Positions 50,801-64,000 of a stretch of DNA of 64,000 bases are shown in pieces. This DNA is from Bugula neritina (Eukaryota > Animalia > Bryozoa), in NCBI GenBank assembly GCA_964035545.1, contig OZ037768.1:20753700-20817699 (forward strand), in the 5' to 3' direction. The notes under the pieces were generated by a model. That model worked only from the letters and a program-made list of their open reading frames with translations. It did not search any database and was not told the origin of the DNA. The first letter of the stretch is position 1; each line of letters begins with the position of its first letter. A program made the translations under genes and the position numbers.

Positions 50801-53800
50801 TCAAACTTATACATCAGAGTAGTTGATGACCAGATTCATTCAGTATTGTATAGCTATCACTATCTCGGTGAAGGTTGCTTTAGTCTAGTGGTACTGTTAC
50901 TGTATTACTGCTTGTGTGGATAGCCTAAGTTCCGAAAGGCAAGTAACGGACTCCTGATCATTCCGACTAATTGAGTTTTCACATATTCTGAGAATATAAG
51001 GTTATTAGAAACCCACTAGAATCATACCTCAAGTAATTTGTCTTGTAGTGCACGTGTAGGCTGACAGTTTGTATAACTAGGTTAGATTCTTTTGTGACGT
51101 GATGTAACTAACTGTGTGGCATCCTGCCTGTGGTGATAAACCACCATCTATCTACACATCTCACCAAATCCTCTTCCTTGCCTGCCAACAGTCTGGCCTC
51201 GGGCCCCAACACCCCCTCTTACCAGTGTGTGGACAGCAGCTAAAGCCATAATAGATGTTCCCCTCCATTGTCAACAGTAGGCTACCCCACACAAAGCTCA
51301 AGTTGGATGCAAGATCAGAGAAAATTAAAAGACTGTGTTCTAAAATGAAAAAAAACAAAGAGGTTATGTTTATGATTTTCAGCCCTCAAAATTTGTCAAC
51401 AAGTCCATTGAACTTTCTAAAGCTAAATGTTTTTACGGACAATAGTTCAATCTAACAATATTGAGCAACTTGGCCTATTGGAATTAATCACCCACTGTGA
51501 ATGAAAATTAAACCCCCCTTAGGGCGTAAGTTGAATCAATGTGAACACATCGGCAGCAGTGAAAGATAGCGGAGGACATGCAGGGCTGACAAGCTGACCC
51601 TTTGATCTTGTTTTTAATCTACTTATAATGAATCTTGTCCTATGGCAGCACAGTGCACACATGCTCTCACTGCATGTTTAACTCACCAGTCTTTGATATA
51701 GGGTGATGAAATACAGTAGTGGGGTGATGTTTTAGTTAACAGCTATAATAGGAGCTCTTGTCGCCTTTTCTTTTTTTTCTAATTACGTTTATATTATAAA
51801 TATATGTAATTATATATGTATAATACATGTGATATTTAATACAATATATGTAGTAGATTGTTAGCTATGAAAAAAATGAAATTTTTAATTTTTAAGCTTT
51901 TAGTTTTTATACTTCATGCAATCTTCAAATGAAATGATGAAAAAAGATAAGAAAGATAGTGTGTTGTGTAAAAAGATTTCTGGGCTATTTACATACAGCT
52001 TATACACCATATAAGATGGTACTATTTTGGGGTTTCTATTGCTACTGCTGCTACTACTACTACTTGCAGCTAACCTCTGCCATCACCCACTGTTAGATGC
52101 ATTACAAGGGTAATCGAATAGTAAAGTGATGATACATTTTTATATCTACTAAGATACGTGCATAAATTAGATACACAAGCTATTATAGTAGTTACTGCTT
52201 CTTCGGCACAAACCCTCACCCGATTGGATGTAAAGATTGCCTGCGTTACGCCTTGTCAGTCCTACTGAGCGAGTGTGACATCGGATCTGCTGTGTTTTGA
52301 TAGTAAACATCAAATTGATGATGGTTTAATGACATTCACAGTGAATCATCATTCTCTCGTTTGAGTTCGTGCTACGTACATCTTCGTTTCTATGCTTCAC
52401 ACAATAGAGCTAATAGCTCAGCTTTGATAGCAAACAACTGAATTCATTAATATCAGCTTACATTATTGGAAGATATCGGCTGAGACCAATTTCAGGCTTC
52501 AAACACTTGTTGAGGTGAATTCTCATCAATGGTGGCAGATTAGCAGATCAGCTTCCTTCTTAGCAAGTTTCACTCTTGCATTGTTACATCAGACCAAGAT
52601 TATTGAGCTTACTGCGTGGGAATATACTTGTACTTGCCCTTGCTTTCACTCGGAATGCTTTAAGAAGTTGAACTCCCTAAACTAAACTACTTTGACGGTA
52701 TGTCTCAGCCGTACCGGGAGCTGCACTTTGTGGAGATCAGGCGCGAGGTGGAGGCGTCTATGCACCACTGGAACTTCAGCAACAACCAGTCTGTCAGACA
52801 GTCTGTTCGCCAGTCTCTTCAGTTGTCCACACACCCAGTTATATATCAGTCGTACCGAAGGGAACTCACCTGTGGAATTAAAGATGCATGGCTCAGGTAC
52901 CCAATAGCTGTCTGCTTTTTACTTGATACTTGTGTCTCTTTATTACATATTTAGATAAAGTGTGTTAAAATTATAGTCACTCTGTTAGTTGAAAGTGTAA
53001 TACTTGTTATTTGGATCTGTTGGTATATAATTTTATTAAAATCTAAAATTGTTGGCAATGGAGTCCAAAAATTAGGAAAAAAGTTCACTATATTCTGTTA
53101 CTCATGGACAAGCTATTTTAAATAACGAGGTTTTTGCAGTTACAAAAGTGTATTTCCTTTTATCCACACACCAATTGCAATTGACCATATGATTGTAAAA
53201 TATACCACTTGTTCCCTGCGTCTACCATCTTGACCTTCTATGGCTATTTGGGACACATATCTCCCACCAGGGAAGATGGTGCATGTGGCTGGCTGTTCAT
53301 ACCCTAATCTCTCGCCACTAGACTATATCGAAACTCCGTCTCGTGGTCTCCATAAACACTCTAATATTGGCTCAGAACTCAACCTTGTGTTGTTGTGGCT
53401 CATGATTCAACACCCAATCCGACAACATTTGAGTGCAGCCCAACATAATCTTATAGATTCTAGAGCAATGTTTGTTGGAAAAATCAGATAAATCAAAGTG
53501 TTTTGATTGATTCATAGGAATTTATTTATTAATTAAGGCGGTGAAATTGGGCCAAATGTTGCGATGGGGGATTAGCCTAATTCGACTCTAGTTCTCAGGC
53601 TGAAATTAGCCTCGGTTCCATACACTTACCTTAATTCTGGCCAGTTTTCTCTCAAAAATGATAACTAGCATAACTAGCAGCCATAAAATCAATCACTCTA
53701 CACTTTGATGTCAATAGGTGTATAAATAGATGTGAAAGTAGAAGCCAACATCAAAGGAGGTTTCCCTTCTTGCTACTTGAATCTCGTGATGATGCACAAT

Positions 53801-56800
53801 AAAATTGTCAATTATAACTCCAATAGGCTGCACTGCTTGATGGATTCATCTTAGAACTGGCTGCCCAGGCACCACCCAAATTACATGACAGTTTTCCTAC
53901 CTTGACGTGGGAACAGGTAAAAAGCGAAAAAGTCTCAGAGAATTTCTGAGTGTATGGAAAATTCTTAGTCTTTTTCATTACTTGACCTGATAGTAAATGT
54001 GCTACAGAAATGAATGGCTTTTGACCAAAAATGGGTTAAGTTTTGTTAATAGTTGGACAGTTGGCAGGATTCCTTATATAGTGGACAGTCACGGGATCCA
54101 ATGTCATAGTTGGTAGGTTGTTATAAGTTTAACCATCGCAGCGTTCACGCAGGTTGAAGACGTTCTAGCTTATGACATGACATGCGAGTGTAATAACCAG
54201 TGATATCTTCTTTTTCTCTACACTGTAGTTAGTCTAAATTCATGGAATATACACACAGGAGTTGCTGCTACATAGTCATAGCGATTATGTTAGTCAGTTG
54301 ATGGCAAGTGTTCTAATATACTGGTACTTTCCTCACGCATATAGCAATATATTATGGTTTGTTGTGTAATTGTCAATAAAGAAGTATGTTTTGAACAGCT
54401 GTCTAGCTCCTTTTTTGAGCTTTTTCAGTGATGCCAGCAGCGACCATATTTCTACTTGGTCAGAAATTCTGTATCAAATAAAAGCCAAAAACCATTCCTT
54501 TTTACTTATTTGTAAAGAGTTTGCAAGCCATTACTATACAATCTACTAGGTATATGGAATGAACGGTTTTCTGTTGGCAAATATTATCAGTTTGAGAAGT
54601 TGTTTTTCCTTGAAATAAAGCAGGGATCCCCTAAACTATAAATGGAGTTATAGAAGAGGGCTCAGTGAGAAGTGCCTGCTGCCGAGCTGCCTGTGCTAGT
54701 CAGCGTCATCACTCAGCCATCTACTTGCTAGAAACTAGTCATTGCACTAGTTGACTATGTCCTTCATGCAGTTGACTAAATATTATGGCTATGGCATTCC
54801 TTTCATTGGCTGAAAGATAAACAGAGTGTGCTGAGATATGGACTCTGATCTCCACACACAGTCTGCTGCTGTAATACTGACAGGGCAGTATATGGCAAGA
54901 AGAGAGCAAGCTAACCAACTATAGATAGGCTACACGACTGGGGTGTGCTTTCTGCTATAGGCCATACTCTCTATGTCATTGAGATAGATGGCTAGCTGGT
55001 GAAGGGGTCAAAGGCCAATCTGGTGGTAGTTTGGTAGAGAATGACGTTTGAGTGATGGCAGTTTGGTTGGTTTAGGTTTTAGTGTTTTATTTTTCCTTGT
55101 CTAGTTCAGTCATTTCAAAAATTGGGAAAACAGTTTGGTTACCATAGTAATCCTAGTACACACACACCCTGCGCTCTCGTTTTGTTCTACTGACTGAGAT
55201 TTGGCACCTTACCTGTACTGTACTGGCCAGCACAGGTAAGGTTAAATGTATAATTTTTGGCACCTGGTTTCTTATCTTTGCCTGTCACTGCACTTTAGGT
55301 TTAGAGAAAAAAACCAACTTCAAAGAAGTGGGAGTTGTCTGTCTGTGTCCCTTGCCATGTATTGTTGTAGTCTGCTGTATCTGTTATTCACTCCTCACTG
55401 CGTAATATTCACTGCCCTCTGTGTAACATTCAGTCCCACTGCCTATTATAAATGTACTGCCCACTCAACTACCATAATTTTATTTTTATTATTCAGCTTT
55501 GGGAAACCCAACACCCCCACAGGGAGAAGGCTAAACGACTGTCTGGTACTGGAACCTTCAGAAATGATTGTGGTATGTATCTTGTGACACTGTGACTATA
55601 ACTGTGACTGTCAGTACTCACTGTGACTATAACTGTGACTGTCAGTACTTGGAGTGGATGTCAGTACTCACTGTAACTGTCGGTACTCACTGTGACTGTC
55701 GGTACTCAGTCATAGTTAGTAATGACAGTGAGTACTCATAATCACAGTGAGTGCTGACTGTGACTATGAATACTCACTGACTGTGAGTATGCACATTACT
55801 GTGACTACACAACTATAACTATCGACTCTGGACACCCATGGCACTGTTAGTCAATAACTATGTATTGTTACTGCACTGCCATGACTGCATACTAAGTGGT
55901 GGGTACTCTGTATTACTAGCCAGTCTTCTACTCTGTATACTACTCAGTGGCACACTGTCAATAGCTGGGGGTTACAGCGAGGTGATGGTAGATTGTTGTG
56001 CTGGGTGGTGGTGGTGAAGTCATGCTATGAGTATATGTTGTATATTATATTATATATAGTATATACCTAAATCGGTGTAGGACAGCTGTTTTAGGGTTTG
56101 TCCTTTTAGCAGCACTAAATAATTACCTCACTCTCTCAGTGCTACTGGCAAGCTTAAAGTTATCTCTCAGGAGTTGTCTACTATAACTAATGATTAAGGG
56201 GATTATTCCGTGTAGCTGTGTCCACCTTACTGCAACTTGGTTGGGTGTATCTCAGTTTTATAATAAGCAAATGAGTTATAATGATGCAATATATACACAA
56301 ATACAGCATATTTACTGCTGGTAGGATTGTATTGTACATTTAGGGAATTCATACCAGTTTATATTAAAACTTATATGCCAACTAAAACACTTTTTTTAGG
56401 AAGTGCTTGAAATTTTTTGGAGTTGCTTGCCCTTTGTTATAAAGTGCAGAAAGTAGACAACTCTTAAGACTGCATCAAGACCATTGGTTTATTGAGCTGT
56501 TGCTATATGCAGTGCCCGCCACTAGCTGCTATATGCGCCCTCAAGTCAGCTGCTTCTCTCTACCTTTAGATAGACCAGCGGCAGCTGTCGGCTTCTGAGT
56601 CCCAGCATAGAGTCAGCTCGTCTTTAGCCAACGCACCCATGTCTGCTGCTAGTAGGCGTCTAGATTCAGCCTCCTCCCATTATAGCTCTCTAGCTAGGGG
56701 CCATAGGCGGCGCTCCAACTCGGCTACAAACATAGAGAGGAGGGCTAAGGCTACGGCCCCAGTAGGCCTCACTCTGGACCAAGTTTCACATTCTCGGTCT

Positions 56801-59800
56801 CATTTCCCAACCATGAGAAGCCCACCAGTGGAGGTTTGTTGTTCATTGTGGGCTGCGTTGTCTCCCTGTGCTTCCACCTCGTCTCCCGCCATGCTTAGTC
56901 CTCCTGTTTTGTCGCATCTTCTTTGTTTCGTATCAGCCCGTTGGCTATGTTTTGTTTCATAAACCCGGTGTGTGTGTTTGATGCCTTGCAGCATGCGTTT
57001 TTTTGTTGTAGCTGTAGTCAAAGTTGTGTTTCTATTGAGTTGGGTTAAGGGAAAAGGGTCATCGTGCTCCCGTTGTAGTTTCAAACTTTCTTTTTGGTCC
57101 TAGCTGCATGCTCTTTGTTGCTGAGCTACTGAATGTCTGTGGCTCTTTATTTTTTGTATGACATAAATGGCAAAAAAGTTGTTCCGAGTGAGCCTGTAAC
57201 ATGGCAAAGTGTTGGTGTACTATGACTGTGTATGCATTTGAAGTTGTCTGCTCTCGAAATACGTAGTTTACAGTCGTGTTCATTAAGATAGCTTTAATGG
57301 CAAGGCTTTAGTTTATGTTTACCTGATGCAAAGCTAAACCTAACCTTGTATTGCAATGATGTGTTGGCAGTGAATTGTTTATGTGTAAGTGAGAAATAAG
57401 TAGCTGATGTGTGCATGCTCACATGTATTTACATATATTTAAATATTCTACAAGTACATTACCATTTGTACAATAATCAGTTTGTTACTGGGTAACTGGT
57501 TTTCATTATAATTATTAATAATATTAATGCCTTTGGTTTCAATAATCACAGTGATAAGGGTTAGTCAGTTATTACCACACCTGGATATTATTGGCTGTCA
57601 GTGTGTGAATCAGAATCTAATATCAACTCTTTCTTTTCTATTTTCTCAGCAATTCTTAAATGCTACAGTTTTATAGCAATCTTTACGGGGAGGGGGGGGG
57701 GCGGTGCCACTGGATGCCCACCTGCACTTACATTTCTACTGTTTTGGAACCTAACATAAAGGGAAGATAACTGGTGTGGTTATGTTTTTTTGCTAGAATC
57801 AGTCTTTATTTGAGCAACTGAAAGGTAGTGGGCCAGTACCCTACACATTTAGTGGGCCAGTACCCTACACATTTAGTGGGCCAGTACCCTACACATTTAG
57901 TGGGCCAGTATCCTACACATCTTAGTGGGCCAGTATCCTACACAGGCTTGAAGGGTTCTCTCTAAATATGGAATTGCATTCATTAATATTCATGGTAAGC
58001 ACCAACCCAGGCCTGAGCAGTGGTAACTGGGTGATGGAATGTGCAGCCAACTAGCAGCCTAAGTTGGTATGCTCCACCAATCTCTGTTCTGCCTTTCCTA
58101 GTCAGTATTAAGGTATTAGCCATGATTAATGACTTCTAGCAAATGCCTCATCAACCGTACTGTTTGCTCATCTAGTACTCTGTTGGCAGATTCGTTAGTC
58201 TATCTGTTTACTCCTCCTCAATTAGTTTACAATTAATTTAGTTTCACTCTCTTAACATGGAGTGTGTGTAAGAGCTGTAGGGTTGTACGTTTGGGTTTCT
58301 ACGTCAGTCTCCGATGGCCAACGAGTGGACGACCCCTTCTGGTTTCACTTTCCACACTGGTGGATATAGGCAGAGGACTAGCATTATTGACTACTATAGT
58401 CTATGTCAGCATCCCTCGCTGCCTCCTTCTCAGCATGAAAGGAGAGCCGTACTAAAGGTGAGTGTAGGCGGCACTTCTGCTGCTTTTCTTCTCTCACCTC
58501 CTTGTCAGTTTACTCCCCCAAGTTGTCACAGGGGTGCTGTTTGTCAGAGTTGAGCTTTGCTGTCACACCCCTTGGCCACCCCTGAAGAAGGTACTTGCAT
58601 GTATGTAGAATGGCATTTTGAACTCAGTCTGTGATAGTTGATTGGTTGGCTACTGGCTGGTTTGTCTCTCAGAGCTCTTGTAACCAACACTTTCTCCTTC
58701 ATCGCAGTCTACAGTGTCATAGCTGTGTTACACTGATTTACTGACTTGGAGAGACATGGAGGTCCATGACTGCTAAACTCACCCCAAATCATCTAATAAC
58801 CAGGAAAGCTTCAGATTTTAATCAAGTCTCTTCATTCTAAGGAATGTTTAGTGGAATTTATTTTTAGTGATGAAATTTAGTTTACTTCTGCTTTTATTAT
58901 TTGTTTTTCAACAGCAGCTGGCAAAGTGACTAATTATGTTGCACTTTTCATGATGCTGTGACATAATGGATGTGGCAAGGCAGGGATGTAATAACACCAA
59001 CATCAAAACAGTACACAACTCAGCACCAAATGTACATATTTTTATAACCAATTGTGTTGGGACAGATAGAAACATGAGTCACGATCTGTAATTTCAACTG
59101 GAAGTTATCCTGTTATTCAGCAACTGCTGGTCAAGTTTCAACCACTGCTAACCCTAGACTATATTTGTGTAATTTCTTGGTTAACCTTGTTTACTATTTG
59201 TATCACTGGCTTAGAATTGTGATGAATATATATTTTAGCTAATTGATTTAATGGATAGAATGGCGTTAGAGCTTGCTCTCTGCATTGTATAATAGTATGG
59301 TAAGGGGGACAACTTTATATCCTGTATTATTTCAACCTCTTTTCTCTACGGCAAACCTGTAGCAGAGCTGCATGTTGTGATCTACATTATTATTCACCAT
59401 CTTAACTTGGTTAGTTCCTAATCTATGCATAAGTTAGGTTGGAATGTAGAGAACTTGTCGTTAGGGTAAGCCAACATCTTTCTCATTAATTCATGTACCT
59501 CCCAACTCACTACTGGAATTCGTACATATGGAGTGAGCACGCTCCACCCTGACTTTATCAGGGCATATCCGCCATCATTTATTAAGCTTGGATTTCAATA
59601 AAAGATACGAGAAATTATCTTCTCGTTGGAACTGGAAGTGTTTGAAGTTGGAAAAACGTTGTTGTTGTACAAGACTTCGAAAGATCTGAACTGGTTTCTA
59701 GTAAAAGCTTCGTTAAGTGTGTGATGTCTGTTCTACTTACAGCTCTGGAGTCTCTCAAACCCCACTGTCACATCTGCATAGTGAGACCACCACTGAATTT

Positions 59801-61043
59801 TAGACCCAATCCAGCTTTGATTTATGGTCTTAGCATTTAATTTATTTTTTGCGTTGAATTAAATGAAATAAGCATGTTCTGCCTAATGGGTGCCATTTTT
59901 TATACTAGGCAGATTTTTGGGAGTTGGCCAACAGCGTGTCTTGACAGCTGCATCAGCCTTCCAGTTGTGTTTTTGGATTGACTTCCCTGTTCAGCTAGAG
60001 ATGGTGTAATGAGACTGTTCAGTGTTGTTTACAACCCACTGCCAACAGGGTCTGGGAAGTGGCAAAGTGTTTCAGCAGTGAAAAGAGTTCATTTACTGCT
60101 GAACCGCTTCCAGAATGCGTATGCAGGGATTGCCACGGCTTCCACTAAACATTTGCTTTGTATCCAGGGTTTTGTTGGAGGCATATTTTTATGGTGTGTA
60201 TATGAAGCATTTTAAATTATCTTCTCTCTTTTTTATTGCAACTGCAAGACTACCAAATAAAACTCTCCATCAATTGACGTGATTGCAACCATTTCATGTT
60301 ATTTTCGTCTCAAAATAAATGTGCCAGCTTGCTTTTTATGTTACTGAAATGTTTTGGATTAAAACAAGTTACCAGGCCTTCAGATTAGTTGGGAGGTACT
60401 TTTAGTTGGCCGTACATTAACAAATCATCTATAACCTTCCAATGGCAGTTGTCACGTAGGAACTCGATTAATATAAACACTATTTTATATGGTATAATGT
60501 AATTATTATATTAAATATATTACTGTGTAAGCCTGAGTTATTATACTAACGCTGATGTGGAGGAATGCACGGCACTTTGTGATATCATCACCTGGTACAA
60601 TCACTAAACATTGCGCACACATTTCTACAGTTAACTGCGCGATAGCGACTGGATAGGCTGAGTGTACAGCTCCTACGGTTAATTAGACTGCGAGCTTGTC
60701 TTATCTGTTGCGTTAGTCTGTTGTATTGCATGTGCCTTTGCTTCGCGTCTGCCTACACTTTAATATCTGGCACTAGTTCTACTACTCATCACTTCTACCA
60801 ACCTACACCTACTAGTACCTTGCGTTTAGTTTGTGTGTTGGAAATGGACTTACTGGTTGAATAAAAACCATGAAGGAAATTCTTCCTTTACAATATCTTA
60901 GATCTTCTGCTGATGGAAGACTTGTGTTCATGGTGAGGTTACCTTGACTACCATTACTATCACTACTACTAGTACTGCTGCTACTACTTTACTAGTTTTA
61001 CAACAACAACAACAACAACAACTACTACTACTACTACTACTAG

Positions 61044-61112
<69 letters not shown>

Positions 61113-64000
61113 CACTACCACCACCACTACTACCACCACTACCACTACTACTACTACTACTACTAGTAGTAGTAGTAGTACTACTACTACTACTAGTACT
61201 ACTACTGATACTTCTACTGTTATTTTGTCCACAGCTGCCTGTTGCCACAGACCACTCACACCATGCCGGCCACTCAACACAACAGGGCAATTTCTCCATC
61301 ATCAGATCAAAGAGTACTGCGTCTAGTGACCAGCAGAGCTACAAGCGTAGTTCCCGCACCTCAGACACCTCATCTTCTCTGTACTCAGGGGAGGGTGACG
61401 GACCCAGTCAACACGACTCTAGTCTAATAGATTCAGATGACGAGGGCGAATATGGCGCCGAGTCTGTAAGTTACAACTCTCTATATTCTACTCAGTTACT
61501 CTCTATATTCTACTCAGTTACTCTCTATATTCTACTCAGTTACTCTCTATATTCTACTCAGTTACTCTCTATATTCTACTTAGTTACTCTCTGTATTCTA
61601 CTCAGTCACTCTCTATATTCTACTCAGTTACGCTCTATATTCTACTCAGTTACTCTCTATATTCTATTCAGTCACTCTCTATATTCTACTCAGCTACTCT
61701 CTATAATCTACTCAGTCACTCTCTATATTTTACTCAGTCACTCTCTATATTTTACTCAGTTACTCTCTGTATGATATTCAGCTAATAGATATTTTATGCT
61801 AAAATTCTAAGTAATGGTGTATAAAGAATTAAGACTTGTAATGTGCAATATAACTGGGTAAGGTTGGTTCTGTATGCTGTAGTCACATATAGACAACACA
61901 TTGTTAGACTATGTAGATACACTGTATTATCTCTTGCATCATCTCTACTATATAATATGCAACTCGTCTGCTGCTAGCCAAATGCTGAGCCAACTTATGC
62001 ATCCAACGTCTGCAACCAGTGGCAAGCAGATGGTTATCTGCTCCCTTCACCTCCCAGCATCAGCTGTGTGTTATACCTGCTCTATGTAATTTTACTGCAG
62101 GCCATCACCGATGTCGATACTGCTCGGGAATGTTTAGAGAAAAACCCGGATGAGAGGAACGAAGATGATATTGAGATACTGCTAGAGTTCCTTCAGAACC
62201 TTCCGGTAAGTATGGTGTTAGCCTGCTGTAACGTACAGTAACTGAGTAAGTATATGTGACGTACATGAAACTATGTAAGTATATGTAACGTATATGTAGC
62301 TATGTATATTATGGAGTTTAAAACTCATATTCAGAATTTTCAGTTCCTTTCTGTCTCCATACGAACTGTACAGGTAGAGCAGCCATTTCAATGCTACTTC
62401 TGAACACTGGTCGTGTCAACTGAAGCACAAAGGAATGCGACTGCATCCTAATTTATTGTCAAAACTCATAATTTATTCCTAAAAGTAGAGAATTTGATAT
62501 CTGTTCACGTACCTGCCCAACCCCTGCAGCTGGGAGACTGCGAGTGTGTCATGGGATTCTGTACCGGGCGCTGTTGAGTGTCACCCTACAATCTAGCTGT
62601 AGAATAGAGGGAATGTAACTATTATTTAGCAACTGTTGAACTTGTTTGAGCTGTGTCTATGATTCATGTTTCGTTTCACTATAAAAAGTTATGAAATAGA
62701 TTCATGGAATTCGTCATCAGTTGGCTATAAAGGATGCTAAAGTCACTCTTAGTAAACATGGCTGTTGATTGAATTTATACCACCAGCTCTTCTGTATTAC
62801 TGCTATAATCACGTAGACGCTGTTTACAGGCTGTTTACGGGCTGACTGTATGCTTGTAGGCGTTTGCCAACATGACCATGGCCACTCGGCGGTCGCTGTG
62901 CGCTGTCATGGTGTACGCTGTCGTAGAGACGGCCGGCACCGTCGTCATGAATGACGGCGAGGAGTTGGACTCCTGGTCGGTCATCCTGAACGGGCAGGTG
63001 GAGATAACCTACGAGGACGGCACCAGCACCACCCTCTCCATGGGCGACAGGTAGTTCCTACGTAGAATAGTAACACATTACAGGCCGCAGCTGCTTTAGA
63101 CAGCTCTACTATTATTAGCAGTAATGATCAAATGTTTTGGTTTTTTAGCAAACAGCTGGACCTAAGAGTGACCTTGAAATTTATAAAACTTCATGTAAAT
63201 TCATTACTATCTCTTGATGTAAAAACCACTGTAGTTATAAAAAGCAAAACCCACACTAGATGATTGTAAGCTGAATTAGCCAATGAGATGCTGTCTTTAT
63301 ACACAGTCAACAGTCACCTTGGTGTTTCCAATCACTTATCTCTCTTTTTTATGCATATTTTCATTCTCTGTTGGATTAACTCAGCCACAACTTATGCTTA
63401 TAGAATTACTGGTAATTATTTTCCTACACTTTAGCCTGATCTTACCAAAGTAGTTCTTGGTAATATAATTCAAACTGTCTAGCGAATAGGATTGCTTCTC
63501 TCTTCTTGTCAACCAATCGGATAAAGCTTACAACCATAGATAACAACCCTCACGTAAATTCTTTCTCTGATGTCATGCCTCTTGGATAGCCTAAGTTCTC
63601 TCACTCTGTTCTGATGGCCTGAAGGACCATTCCGTATTATAATTCTTTCTCACAGAAATGTAGGCTGTGGTGGCCTACTTGTGTTTCCAAGCTTCTATAT
63701 TGTTCGACACACTTTTCTAAATAATCCTCATCTAATGTGTATCATCACAACATTAACATATATGCAGCCCCAGTTGTAGAAAAACAGTTCCAAGTTTATT
63801 TGTATTTGAGGGAAATGTTGCAAAGGATGTCTGGAAGACCCCCTCACCCGCATACCCTTTGCAGGATTCCCAGGTTAACTTTAGTTAAGGTATTCTCTTT
63901 CTCTATTCATTGACTGTCTTCTAAGTACTCAAGATACTGATGGTTCTTGTAGTTTTGGCATTAAGCCAAGTAAAGAAAAAGAATACCACAGAGGAGTTAT
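44868..64000 (+). CDS. RAPGEF2: Rap guanine nucleotide exchange factor 2/6 (PDZ-GEF) homologue, 5' part with two cNMP-binding-like domains; truncated by the window end
   Basis: Exons 44868-44924 ([19 protein letters not shown]), 47845-47972 ([20 protein letters not shown]...), 48682-48765 ([15 protein letters not shown]), 55497-55572 (FGK...[12 protein letters not shown]), 56570-56833, 61235-61465, 62101-62205 ([27 protein letters not shown]), 62860-63050 ([45 protein letters not shown]), 63953-64000 ([14 protein letters not shown]). Phases are compatible and the peptides match RAPGEF2/RAPGEF6 as I recall them. It is probably a co-orthologue of both. Confidence 0.93.
48329..48681. repeat. 17/20-bp minisatellite (TAAC[TT/CT/TC]ACCTGTATATATTA) abutting a RAPGEF splice acceptor
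   Basis: About 4 units of 17 bp then ~13 units of 20 bp. The last partial unit TACCTGTAG supplies the acceptor AG at 48680-48681. Confidence 0.95.
55585..55812. repeat. Degenerate GTGACT/CAGTAC repeat with an inverted second half
   Basis: CACTGTGACTATAACTGTGACTGTCAGTACT is repeated, followed by reverse-complement copies (ATCACAGTGAGTGCTGAC). Confidence 0.75.
57826..57944. repeat. 24-bp tandem repeat, 5 copies
   Basis: TAGTGGGCCAGTACCCTACACATT x5, contiguous, with no spacers. Confidence 0.95.
60945..61215. repeat. Compound trinucleotide microsatellite (CAA)n(CTA)n(CCA)n(TAG)n
   Basis: Directly visible. It explains the poly-L, poly-V and poly-S ORFs. Confidence 0.98.
61470..61770. repeat. 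22-bp minisatellite (CTCTATATTCTACTCAGTTACT), ~13 copies, starting at a RAPGEF splice donor
   Basis: The array begins immediately after the GTAAGT donor at 61466. Confidence 0.95.

Noticed and set aside
55160-55235. Strong CAG|GTAAGG donor upstream of RAPGEF exon 55497
   Set aside because: No ATG or clear acceptor is evident upstream. It might be a non-coding first exon but cannot be supported without transcripts.
57826-57944. 24-bp repeats (and the 19-, 20- and 22-bp arrays) as CRISPR arrays
   Set aside because: Units are contiguous with no unique spacers, there are no cas genes, and the context is eukaryotic.
60928-61774. Long ORFs with poly-Leu/Gln, poly-Val or poly-Ser (276, 124 and 98 aa)
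   Set aside because: They are translations of the (CTA)n microsatellite and the 22-bp minisatellite. Only 61235-61465 is a real exon.

Overview
AT-rich, intron-containing animal DNA, probably invertebrate; the species cannot be fixed from sequence alone. Nothing prokaryotic is present, and most tracked ORFs are exon fragments, antisense shadows or repeat artefacts. Manual splicing gives five protein-coding genes. Three form a cluster of secreted multi-Kunitz (BPTI-fold) genes: A (minus, 3560-12605, 22 exons, ~1299 aa, 21 domains), B (minus, 16673-19138, 293 aa, 4 domains) and C (plus, 20383-23255, 398 aa, 6 domains), with B and C head-to-head. These are followed by a complete SLC5A7/CHT1-type high-affinity choline transporter (30073-38663, 598 aa, one GC-AG intron) and the 5' part of a RAPGEF2/6 (PDZ-GEF) gene (44868 to window end) with several candidate alternative first exons. 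The most unusual element is the Kunitz cluster. Every intron is phase 2 and sits inside the domain, so each internal exon is a freely skippable cassette straddling two domains. Gene A holds a recently amplified exon array whose P1 specificity residue varies in an ordered way (Y/F, R/K, N). Most domains have a 2-residue-shortened hairpin, all three proteins end in divergent Lys-rich Kunitz-like domains, and one gene C exon is a near-copy of gene A exons. Also present are two MITEs, tRNA-derived SINE copies and minisatellites built from splice-signal-like words.
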